This document shows, piece by piece, positions 26,986-35,313 of a DNA stretch of 40,740 nt (position 1 is the stretch's first letter; each line of letters begins with the position of its first letter). Position numbers and translations under genes: made by a program. The DNA is from Actinomycetota bacterium (GTDB lineage Bacteria; Actinomycetota; Acidimicrobiia; Acidimicrobiales; Microtrichaceae): positions 1-40,740 of the forward strand of contig CANJEC010000001.1 of NCBI GenBank assembly GCA_947473395.1, in the 5' to 3' direction. The notes beneath the pieces are model-generated. The model worked only from the letters and a program-made list of their open reading frames with translations, searched no databases and had not been told where the DNA came from.

Positions 26986-28872
26986 TTATTCAGAGTATTT
27001 GCCTATCGCCCTATCCAACCCAGTGGTGCCGGTCAGATTCGCGCTATCGAGGTTGGCGTCGGTCAGGTTGGCCCGGTAAAGGTTGGCATGGCTCAGGTTG
27101 GCATAGCTCAGGTCGGCGCCGGTCAGAATGGCGTAAGACAGCGTGGTGCCGGCAAGGTTGAAGCCGGTCAGGTCGGCGCCAGTCAGGTCGGCCCCACTCA
27201 GGAGTGCGCCGGCCAGGTTCGCGTCCGTCAGGTCGGCGCCACTCAGGACTGCGCCGGTCAGGTTCGCGTCGGGGCCAATGAAGTAGCCGTTGATGATTCG
27301 AAAGTTGGAAGGCAACGCAAGGGGTGTCCCAGCGATTCCACCTGAGCAGACGCCGGTCAGATCGGCTCCCCCCAGGATGGCGTCGGTCAGATCGACATCT
27401 GTCAGGTCGGCGTTGTTCAGGTTCGCGTCGGTCAGATCGGCCCCACTCAGGACCGCACCGGTCAGATCGGCATCTTTCAGATCTGCGATGCTCAGGTTCG
27501 AGCGTCTCAGGTTGGCTCGTTTCAAGTTTGATTCCTGCATCTTGGCGCCGGTCAAGTTGGCTCCTTGCATCTTGGCGCTGTGTAGGTTGGCATGGCTCAG
27601 GTTGGCATGGCTCAGGTCGGCCTCTTGTATCTTGGCGCTGTCTAGGTTGGCTGTCATTAGGTGTGCGGCGGTCAGGTTGAAGCCCGTCAGGGCTGCACCG
27701 CTCAGGTCAGCGGCCGGTCCGATGAGGTAGCCGTTGATGACTTGAAAGTTGGAAGGCAACGCAACGGGAGCCCCGGAGAGTCGACCCGAACGGACGCCGG
27801 TCAGGTCGGCATCGGACAGGTCAGCGTCTTGCATCTTGGCGCTGTCCAGATTGGCTGTCGCCAGGTGGGCGCTACTCAGGTTGGTACGGTTCAGGTTGGC
27901 AGCGGTCAGGTCTGCGTTGTTCAGTACAGCGTCGGTCAAGTCGGCATTGTTCAGATCAGCGTCGCGGAGGTTGGCGTCGCTAAGGACAGCGCCCGTCAGG
28001 TTGGTGCCCGTGAAAGACGCGCCACGCAGGTTGGCGTCGGACAGGTTGGCGCCGCACAGATCTGCGAGTCTCAGGTCTGCACCGGTAAGTCTGGCACCAT
28101 TCAGATTGGCACCAGACAGGTCGGCTTCGGACAGGTCGGCATCGGACAGGTCAGCGGCCGGTCCGATGAGGTAGCCGTTAGTGACTTGAAAGTTGGAAGG
28201 CAACGCAACGGGTGCCGAAGTGATTCCACCCGAACGGACGCCGGTCAGATCAGAGTTGTTCAGAAGGGCGTCTTTCAGGATGGCGCCGCTAACGTTGGCG
28301 TCGGTCAGATCAGCTCCAGCAGGGTTGGCGCCGGTGAGGTCAGCGCCACAGAGGTTGGAGCTACTTAGTCTGGCGTTGTTCAGGGTCGCGCCGGTCAAGT
28401 TGGCTCCTTGCATCTTGGCGCTGTGGAGGTTGGCGCCGGTCAGATCTGCTTCGGACAGGTCGGCGTTGTTCAGGGTGGCGCCGGTCAGGTTCGCGTTAGT
28501 CAGGTTGGCGCCGGTCAGATTGGCCCCTGTCATGTCGACGTAGGTGAGCTGAATACCTAACTGAGAGAAGAACAGTGCGGCGGTCAGGTTGGAGCTGTAT
28601 AGGTTGGCGTTCGTGAGATTAGCGGCGCTCAGAATGGCATTAACGAACAGAGTGCCGTCCAAGTTGGCGGCGGTCAGGTCGGCGTTGTTCAGGTAGGCGT
28701 TGTTCAGGTTGGCAGCGGTCAGGTCTGCGTTGACCAATAGAGCCCCGTCTAGGTTGGCGCTCGCAAGGTTGGCGTGGTTGAGGTCTGCGCCGGTCAGGTT
28801 GGCGCCCGAAAGATCCATGCCTGCAAAGTTGCAACCCACAAGGTCGCGGTTCAGGTCAATATTGGGGTCCAT
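26986..28872 (-). CDS. Pentapeptide repeat protein (array copy 5, 628 aa) with three 28-aa inserted modules
   Basis: MDPNIDL start at 28872 behind GGGAAGGAA; long A(D/N)Lxx runs; three GVxSG...LPSNF..NGY.IGP modules. Confidence 0.92.
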   Translation of the reverse strand: MDPNIDLNRDLVGCNFAGMDLSGANLTGADLNHANLASANLDGALLVNADLTAANLNNAYLNNADLTAANLDGTLFVNAILSAANLTNANLYSSNLTAALFFSQLGIQLTYVDMTGANLTGANLTNANLTGATLNNADLSEADLTGANLHSAKMQGANLTGATLNNARLSSSNLCGADLTGANPAGADLTDANVSGAILKDALLNNSDLTGVRSGGITSAPVALPSNFQVTNGYLIGPAADLSDADLSEADLSGANLNGARLTGADLRLADLCGANLSDANLRGASFTGTNLTGAVLSDANLRDADLNNADLTDAVLNNADLTAANLNRTNLSSAHLATANLDSAKMQDADLSDADLTGVRSGRLSGAPVALPSNFQVINGYLIGPAADLSGAALTGFNLTAAHLMTANLDSAKIQEADLSHANLSHANLHSAKMQGANLTGAKMQESNLKRANLRRSNLSIADLKDADLTGAVLSGADLTDANLNNADLTDVDLTDAILGGADLTGVCSGGIAGTPLALPSNFRIINGYFIGPDANLTGAVLSGADLTDANLAGALLSGADLTGADLTGFNLAGTTLSYAILTGADLSYANLSHANLYRANLTDANLDSANLTGTTGLDRAIGKYSE

Positions 28873-29095
28873 AGTTGGCAGTTCCTTCCCTCGCTCCGGA
28901 CTGTAGCTAAAGCTGCAACTGATGTCCCCTGTTTTCAGGATGCAAGGGTGAAGAGCATGATGTTCGGGGCGACCCCTACGCCGAGACAATGTTCCGTCGT
29001 ACGTTTCTTGGCAGGTGGCACGCAACCGAGTTGAGAACCTGCGCTGGCAGCTCCGCACGCCGGCAGGCGTGGACTCTGTCAGTTCTAGCAACCAG

Positions 29096-29770
29096 TCACC
29101 GGGTGTAATTGACGACGCCGTCCAGGTTGGCGGCTGTCAGGTTGGCGCCGTCGAGGTTGGCGAATGCCAAGTTCGCGCCGGTCAAGTTGGCGTTGGTCAA
29201 GTTGGCGTTCGTTAAGTTGGCTCCGGTCAGGTTCGCCCCGGTCAGGCTCGAGTCGTGCAGATTGGCACCGGACAGATCAGCCGCAATTAGGTCAGCGCCG
29301 CCTAGGTTGGCGCCGGACATGTCGGCGTTGGTCAGGTTGGCGCCATCTAGGGTGACGTTGGTCAGGGTGGCGTTGGTCAGATTGGCATTGGTCAGGTTGG
29401 CGCCGTCTAGGTTGGCGGTGTTTAGGTTGGCGCCGGTCAGGTTGGCGCCGGTCAGGTCTGCGTTAGTCAGAGTGGCGCCCATCGGCCGGGCGCCGGTCAG
29501 GTCAGCGTCGCTGAGGTTCACGCTGTTCAGGTTGGCCTCGGCCAGTTCGGCTCCCGTCAGGTTGGCGCCTGTCAGGTTGGCGCCATCTAGGTTGGCGATG
29601 ACCAGTTTCGCGCCTGTCAGGTCTGCACCTGCCAAGTCAGCGCCGCTGAGGTTGACGCTGTTCAGGTTGGCGCCGGACATGTCGGCGCCGGCTAGCTTCG
29701 CCAGGCTCAGGTCCATGCCTTCAAAGTTGCAATTCACCAGGTTTCTGTTCAGGTCAATGTTGGGGTCCAT
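29096..29770 (-). CDS. Pentapeptide repeat protein (array copy 4, 224 aa)
   Basis: MDPNIDL start behind GGAAAGGAA; uninterrupted repeats. Confidence 0.9.
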   Translation of the reverse strand: MDPNIDLNRNLVNCNFEGMDLSLAKLAGADMSGANLNSVNLSGADLAGADLTGAKLVIANLDGANLTGANLTGAELAEANLNSVNLSDADLTGARPMGATLTNADLTGANLTGANLNTANLDGANLTNANLTNATLTNVTLDGANLTNADMSGANLGGADLIAADLSGANLHDSSLTGANLTGANLTNANLTNANLTGANLAFANLDGANLTAANLDGVVNYTR

Positions 29771-30000
29771 AGTTGGTAGTTCCTTTCCTCGGTCGGTCAG
29801 GGTGGCGATCCTCACCTGCTGGCAACCCAAACTGCGTGCGTGGGCTCTGCTCTTTGTTACTCGGACTGCTGCTCTTCTTCGCCTGTGGGGATCGGCACAA
29901 TGGGGTTGCCCTGAAGCCGATCCCACTTCTGACTCCCAGCGTCGACTCGAAGGATCTTCGGAGTAATCACCTCAGTCGTTGAGTAGTCGACGACAACGAT

Positions 30001-30420
30001 TTAAGGACGTTTCCGCGTAAAGGTTTGTCTCAGCTTCTCCCCTGAGAGGAAACTGAAAGCGGTTTTATGATCCCGCTCAAGTTTCGAGTTATTAATTACG
30101 TTCCGATTAAACAGCTCCATGAACATCGCAAAAGTTAAGGTTGATGACAGGTCAGCACCTCTGAGATTTGCCTTTTTCAAGTTGGCATTCCATAGGTGTG
30201 CGGCCTTCAGTCGCGATCCTGAAAGATTCGCCGAGCTTAGATTGGCCCATGTAAGATCGGCTCCGGATAGGTCCGCTCCGGATAGGTCGGCGCCGGAGAG
30301 ATTAGCGCCGGACAGGTTCGCGCCCGACAGGTCGGCGCCTGCTAGCTGCGCTTGGCGCATATCCGAGCCTGCAAAGTTGGAATTAATAATGTGCCTGTGC
30401 AGGTCAAAGTTGGGGTCCAT
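30001..30420 (-). CDS. Pentapeptide repeat protein (array copy 3, 139 aa; 3' part possibly frameshifted)
   Basis: MDPNFDL start behind GGAAAGGAA; repeats stop abruptly near 30145. Confidence 0.78.
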   Translation of the reverse strand: MDPNFDLHRHIINSNFAGSDMRQAQLAGADLSGANLSGANLSGADLSGADLSGADLTWANLSSANLSGSRLKAAHLWNANLKKANLRGADLSSTLTFAMFMELFNRNVINNSKLERDHKTAFSFLSGEKLRQTFTRKRP

Positions 30421-30623
30421 AGTTTGTGTTTCCTTTCCTCGTTCCGGACTATATCGAAACCTGCAACTCTCGACCCCCGATTTCAGGATACGCACCTGCA
30501 GAGCATGACCTTCAATGCAGCCCCTACGCCCAGCCAATGCTCCGCTAGCGGCTTCTTACCGGCAGGCAGGACCCGACACGGAACTCGTGCTGGCACCCTG
30601 CACACTGCAACCCGTGGGTTATG

Positions 30624-31034
30624 TCATTGAATATGCCGCCCACCGGGCCTCTTGAAACCGAGCACGCCAGACAACTGGCCCTTGCTGTACTCAGCGCCCG
30701 TCAGATCGGCCCCGGTCATCTTCGCGTTCGACACGAATGCCTCGAGCAGTACGGCTCTTTTCAGGGATGCGCCGGTCATGTTCGCGCCGAACAGGTTGGT
30801 GCCGGTGAGGTTTGCATCGGTTAGGTTGGCGCTGGTTAGGTTAACGCTGGTTAGGTTGGCCCCTGATAGGTCGGCGCCAGTCAGGTTTGCGAAAGCCAAG
30901 TTTGCGCCAGTCAGGTTTGCGTCGGTCAGATTGGCGCCGGACAGGTTCATCGCTGTCAGGGTTGCGCCGGTCAGGTCGGCGCCGTTCAGGCTGGCCTTTC
31001 TCAGATCGCCGGTGAGATCAATGTTCGGGTCCAT
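30624..31034 (-). CDS. Pentapeptide repeat protein (array copy 2, 136 aa)
   Basis: MDPNIDL start behind GGAAAGGAA; A(D/N)LTG repeats. Confidence 0.87.
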   Translation of the reverse strand: MDPNIDLTGDLRKASLNGADLTGATLTAMNLSGANLTDANLTGANLAFANLTGADLSGANLTSVNLTSANLTDANLTGTNLFGANMTGASLKRAVLLEAFVSNAKMTGADLTGAEYSKGQLSGVLGFKRPGGRHIQ

Positions 31035-31132
31035 CGTTTGTGGTTCCTTTCCTCGGTCCCGAACTTTAGGCAACTTGATCTGCTGACCCTCGCTGACTTT
31101 CAAGCTCCCCGCACACACTTGGGCGACAAAAG

Positions 31133-32053
31133 CTACAGACCCTTGACGGTATCCCAACCTTTGACGCCTTCTAGCGTGGCTCCTGTTATGTCGGCATTAG
31201 TCAGGGTGGCGCCTGTCAGGTCAGCGTTAGTCAGGTCAGCATTAGTCAAGTCGGCATTAGTCAAGTTGGCGCAATACAGGTCGGCGCCGGTCAAGTTGAC
31301 GCTAGGGAGGTGGGCGCCCTCCATGTTGGCTTTGGTCATGTCTGCGCCCGACAGGTTGGCGCTGACCAGGATTGCGCCGGTAAGTCTCGTAGCGCGCAGG
31401 CCTGCGCGGGACATGTCAGCGTTGCTCAGGTCGGCGCCGGTCAGCTTGGCACGGCATAAGTTGGCCTCGGACAGGTCAGAGTTGCTGAGGTCGGCGCCTG
31501 TCAGGTTCACACCAGACAGGTTGTACCCAATCAGGGCTGCATTGGTCAGCTTTACGCTGGTCAGGTTGGCACGGTAGAGGTTGGCGCCGGATAGGTCGGC
31601 GCTAGTCAGGTCCGCCCCGGATAGATCGGCGCTAGTCAGGTTTGCATGTGTTAGGTCAGTGCCAGAAAGGTTGGCGTTGGTCAGATTTGCCCCTGTCAGG
31701 CTGGATCTCCTCAGGGTGGCGCCGCGGATGCTGGCATTGGTCAGGTCAGCGCCAGATAGATCGGCATTGGTCAGGTCGGCGCCGGTCAGGGAGGAGCGGT
31801 ACAGGTTTGCATCGGTCAGGTCAGCGCCGGTTAGGTTGACCCCGGCTAGGTCGGCATCGGTCAGGTCGGCATTAGTCAGGTTGACCCCTTCCAGATTGAT
31901 GCCGGACAGGTCGGCACTACTCAGGCCTGCATTGGTCAGGTCGGCGCCGGCCAGGGAGGCGCGGTACGCGACTCCCTCAACCACCATGGCCTCTAGGTTG
32001 GACTGGTCCGCTGAGGGAGGATCATCACTATTCGGGACGGTCCTTGGGTTCAC
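31133..32053 (-). CDS. Pentapeptide repeat protein (array copy 1, 306 aa)
   Basis: GTG AAC CCA start behind the same GGAAAGGAA leader; divergent N-terminus, then repeats. Confidence 0.9.
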   Translation of the reverse strand: MNPRTVPNSDDPPSADQSNLEAMVVEGVAYRASLAGADLTNAGLSSADLSGINLEGVNLTNADLTDADLAGVNLTGADLTDANLYRSSLTGADLTNADLSGADLTNASIRGATLRRSSLTGANLTNANLSGTDLTHANLTSADLSGADLTSADLSGANLYRANLTSVKLTNAALIGYNLSGVNLTGADLSNSDLSEANLCRAKLTGADLSNADMSRAGLRATRLTGAILVSANLSGADMTKANMEGAHLPSVNLTGADLYCANLTNADLTNADLTNADLTGATLTNADITGATLEGVKGWDTVKGL

Positions 32054-32490
32054 AGTTTGTATTTCCTTTCCTTGCCTCGGAACTGTAGTGAAATGAGGAT
32101 CAAGCGACTCCCAGTTTCAGAATGTAGACGCAGCGAGCAGGACCCACGCTCTCTCGAATATCTATCGGCAGCTGGGGTCGAAGAGTGACACAAACGTGAC
32201 ACACCGTGGAGTAAGTCAACACAAGATGATGAGAGCAAAATTCCACTGTTTATATAGATAATCGCTCAGATCGCACTACCAGCAAAGGGCTCTCGTTGGG
32301 TCCCGCCTTCAGAGTCCGCTGAACTCCACGGTGCGCTCGAGGACGTCCACGCGCTGTGCTGCGCCCTTACGGAAGGAACCGTGAAACGGAATCACCCCAT
32401 CATGGACGTAGGTCGCCTCATAAGACAGATCTTCTACCTAGCCGACCTGAGTGCCAAAGAGATCTGCAATTTGATAGCAGCGCGACTCAC

Positions 32491-33723
32491 CTACGCAGCA
32501 TCGTGTCGCGCCGGAACTTGTTCAACCAGCAGTGGATGCATCGCTTCTGCGACTGCGGACATCATCGGGACGACCACGCTGTTACCGAACTGCTTGTACG
32601 CCTGAGCATCACTGACCGGGATGACGAAACTGTCGGGGAAACCCATCAGCCGCGCACATTCGCGCGGTGTCAGACGCCTCGGGATGCTTTGACCGGGTCG
32701 ATCAACAAGTATCTCCGAACCATCTTTGGAGTAGCGGGCCGAGAGCGTCCGAGCCACATCATCCGCACCAACTAGCCCGTACCCAAATCCATTTCCCGCA
32801 CGCCGGTGTTTGGCGGCGTACTCACGCAAGTAGTCCCACAGATGAGGGGTGAGAGTGTAGCGAGCGTCGACTCGCGCCTTCGCTCCGATTGTGTAGGGAG
32901 ACTCTGCAGCCTGGCTGCCATCCTGCGGATGAAGAATAGTTCGCATAACCGGCCCAGCCTTTGGGACTTTCACGAGGTCGAAATCGAAAGCTGCCTTCGC
33001 TGGAAGCTCTCCGTCGACTCCGACAATAAGGATTCGTTTGCGTGCTTGAGGAACCCAAGAACTGGCATCCATCACCCGGTACGAGATTGCGTAGCCAAGT
33101 TCATCTTCAAGCGTCCTACGAATTACCTCGAAAGTCCTGCCCCCATCGTGAGACAGCAGGTTTCTTACGTTTTCCAAAAGAAATGACTTGGGCCGTTTTG
33201 CTTCAATGATCCGAGCCAAATCGAAGAACAAGGTGCCCTGCGTCTCATCTTGAAACCCATGCAGACGCCCTAGGGAGTTCTTCTTCGAGACGCCTGCAAG
33301 AGAGAACGGCTGGCAGGGAAACCCTGCAAGAAGAAGGTCGTGGTCGGGCACATCGTCGGCGTGGACTTCGGTTATGTCACCCACGGACACGTGATCTGGG
33401 GGATTAGCAAAGTTGGCTGCATACGTCTGCCTCGCGAACTTGTTCCATTCGCCAGTCATGACGCACCGACCGCCGGTCTTGTCGAACGCTCGACGTATCC
33501 CCCCGATGCCCGCAAAGAGGTCCACAAATGTGAAGTCCTCACCAACAGGCTGCGGACGGAAATGCATTCGGAGGACGCCATCGAGATACTTTGGGCAAGC
33601 AACCTCGCCCGACTCCCACTTATTCACAATGCGCTCGTCGATACCAAGGGTGTGAGCAATCTCAGCTTGCGAATGGCTAAGTCGGACCTTGAGAAGCAAC
33701 TTGGTTGTGGTGTTCTTCATCAT
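32491..33723 (-). CDS. dcm: DNA (cytosine-5)-methyltransferase, Dcm/EcoRII-like, with N-terminal XRE-type HTH
   Basis: DLFAGIGG, GFPCQPFS, LLENVRNL, PQARKR, RTLSARYSKDGSEIL (Dcm-like TRD), RRLTPRECARLMGF, YKQFGNSV; N-terminal SQAEIAHTLGIDERIVNKWESG. Confidence 0.93.
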   Translation of the reverse strand: MMKNTTTKLLLKVRLSHSQAEIAHTLGIDERIVNKWESGEVACPKYLDGVLRMHFRPQPVGEDFTFVDLFAGIGGIRRAFDKTGGRCVMTGEWNKFARQTYAANFANPPDHVSVGDITEVHADDVPDHDLLLAGFPCQPFSLAGVSKKNSLGRLHGFQDETQGTLFFDLARIIEAKRPKSFLLENVRNLLSHDGGRTFEVIRRTLEDELGYAISYRVMDASSWVPQARKRILIVGVDGELPAKAAFDFDLVKVPKAGPVMRTILHPQDGSQAAESPYTIGAKARVDARYTLTPHLWDYLREYAAKHRRAGNGFGYGLVGADDVARTLSARYSKDGSEILVDRPGQSIPRRLTPRECARLMGFPDSFVIPVSDAQAYKQFGNSVVVPMMSAVAEAMHPLLVEQVPARHDAA

Positions 33724-33882
33724 GCTTCCAACTCCTTACTTTGCATATTAGACGTGTCATCACTATCGAGCTTTAGCTCAAGACAAGCGCATTGAACTTA
33801 CGGAGTTTGTAGGACAGTCAATGCTCATCATTCCATCCAAAGGCTTGATCGATTGGTTTGCGGGACCAAAAATGGGGCAGCT

Positions 33883-35313
33883 CTTAAGCTTTTCTGCACA
33901 GCAGACTTTGCCTTCGCCTCTCTAGGGGTGAGACCTCACCGACCAACCGAACAGCCACCTTAGTAAGCGATTGTTCTCCACCTGTCTGCCCCTGATCTGC
34001 TCTCGGAAGCTCGTAATCAACTATCTTCGGGAGAGGGAGAAAACATGAGGGAAGAGACAAACTCGTACGCGGCGTTGTTGCGTGCAGAAGTGGCAGCACA
34101 CGCGAAAACCGCCGGTAGCGAAGGATTCCTAGAGCAAGCATTCACGGATCTTGTGCTCGACGATCTTGAGAAACATGGATTTTGGCCTGACAACCAGCTT
34201 GCCTACCACCACAAGCCGGGCGCCCGTGTCAATGGTTGGGGCTCTGACCAGGCGGCCAGAAAACTGTACCTCTGCATCACTGATTTCGTTGAGGCAAACG
34301 ACGCCCTTACGTTGCCAAAATCTAGTTTTGACTCGACCGCAAAGAAGCTAAAGGGATTTTACAAGAAGGCCAAGAACGACAAGCTCGCAATACCAGAGCA
34401 CAACCCAGTGCTCGATCTTGCCGATAAAATCGCTTCAGGACTAGATTTTGACTCTATTGAAGCCTATGTCCTCACTAATAGGGTTTCTTCGGCAGAGTCC
34501 CGAGAAGACGACTACGAAGGCCTACCTGTCCTCGTCAAAGTCTGGGATCTCGAAGCGATTCGGCGGTCACGAACGACGGGCTCTTAGCCGGAGCCAACCT
34601 TAAGCTTTTCGGCACAACAGACTTTACCTTCGCCTCCCCAGTGGCCAAACCTCAACGACCCACCGAACAGTCGCCTCAGGAAGCGATTGTTCGCTAAGTG
34701 TCTTCCTCTTATCTTGTCCCAGAAGCTGGCAAACAACTACCTTTGGGAGAGGGAGGCTACATGAGGGAAGAGACAAACTCGTACGCATCGTTGTTGCGTG
34801 CCGAAGTGACAGCACACGCGGAGATGCCGGGTAGCGAAGATTTCCTACCGCAAGCATTCACGGATCTTGTGCTCGACAATCTTGAGGAACATGGATTCTG
34901 GCCTGACTACCAGCTTGCCTACCACCACAAGACGGGCGCACATGTTAATGGTTGGGGCTATGACCCGGCGGCTAGGAAGCTGTACCTATGCGTCACGGAT
35001 TTCGTTGAGGCAAACGACGCCCGCACCCTGCCAAAATCTGGTTTTGACGCGATCGCAAAGCAGCTAAAGGGATTCTACAAGAAGGCCAAGAACGACAAGC
35101 TCGGAATACCAGAGCACAACCCAGTCCTCGATCTTGCCGATAAAATTGCGTCAGGAGTGGATTTTGACTCTATTGAAGCCTATGTCCTCACTAATAGGGT
35201 TTGTAAGGCAGAGTCCCGAGAAGACGTCTACGAAGACGTTCCTGTCCTCGTAAAAGTCTGGGATCTCGAAACTATTAGGCGGTCACGAACGACAGGCTCT
35301 TCGCCGGAGCCAA
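33883..35313 (+). repeat. Diverged tandem duplication, 716-bp period (33883-34597 / 34599-35313)
   Basis: Both copies start CTTAAGCTTTTC, include about 160 bp of leader plus the first 180 codons of AIPR, and end at GCCGGAGCCAA. Confidence 0.93.
34045..34587 (+). CDS. Stand-alone/truncated copy of the AIPR N-terminal domain (180 aa; could be a pseudogene)
   Basis: Colinear with residues 1-180 of the downstream AIPR (28 differences by my count); TCG->TAG stop; own GGAGAGGGAG RBS. Confidence 0.75.
   Translation: MREETNSYAALLRAEVAAHAKTAGSEGFLEQAFTDLVLDDLEKHGFWPDNQLAYHHKPGARVNGWGSDQAARKLYLCITDFVEANDALTLPKSSFDSTAKKLKGFYKKAKNDKLAIPEHNPVLDLADKIASGLDFDSIEAYVLTNRVSSAESREDDYEGLPVLVKVWDLEAIRRSRTTGS

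Larger units (their letters stand above)
26770..32090 (-). repeat. Conserved leader/RBS element repeated six times, once per pentapeptide gene
   Basis: Consensus CTACAGTCCGGAnCGAGGAAAGGAAnnnnnAACT-ATGGACCCnAAC ending at starts 26791, 28872, 29770, 30420, 31034, 32053; the CTACAGTCCGG part is degenerate before 29770 and 31034. Confidence 0.88.

Noticed and set aside
28873-29091. N-terminal extensions of array genes given by the ORF track (e.g. ...YSPERGKELPT)
   Set aside because: RGKE is simply the translated GGAAAGGAA RBS at fixed distance from the ATG, and the extensions differ in length and start. The MDPN starts are preferred.
26456-32053. CRISPR array, integron cassettes or diversity-generating retroelement as explanation of the repeats
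   Set aside because: The repeats are in-frame coding units with no constant repeat-spacer pattern, no attC-type RYYYAAC/GTTRRRY boxes recognised, no adenine-specific TR/VR pair, and no cas, integrase or reverse transcriptase in the window.
26181-32096. Many long plus-strand ORFs rich in RLAPVRSA or GQVG repeats
   Set aside because: Antisense shadows of the 15-bp pentapeptide codon repeat; no RBS or independent features.
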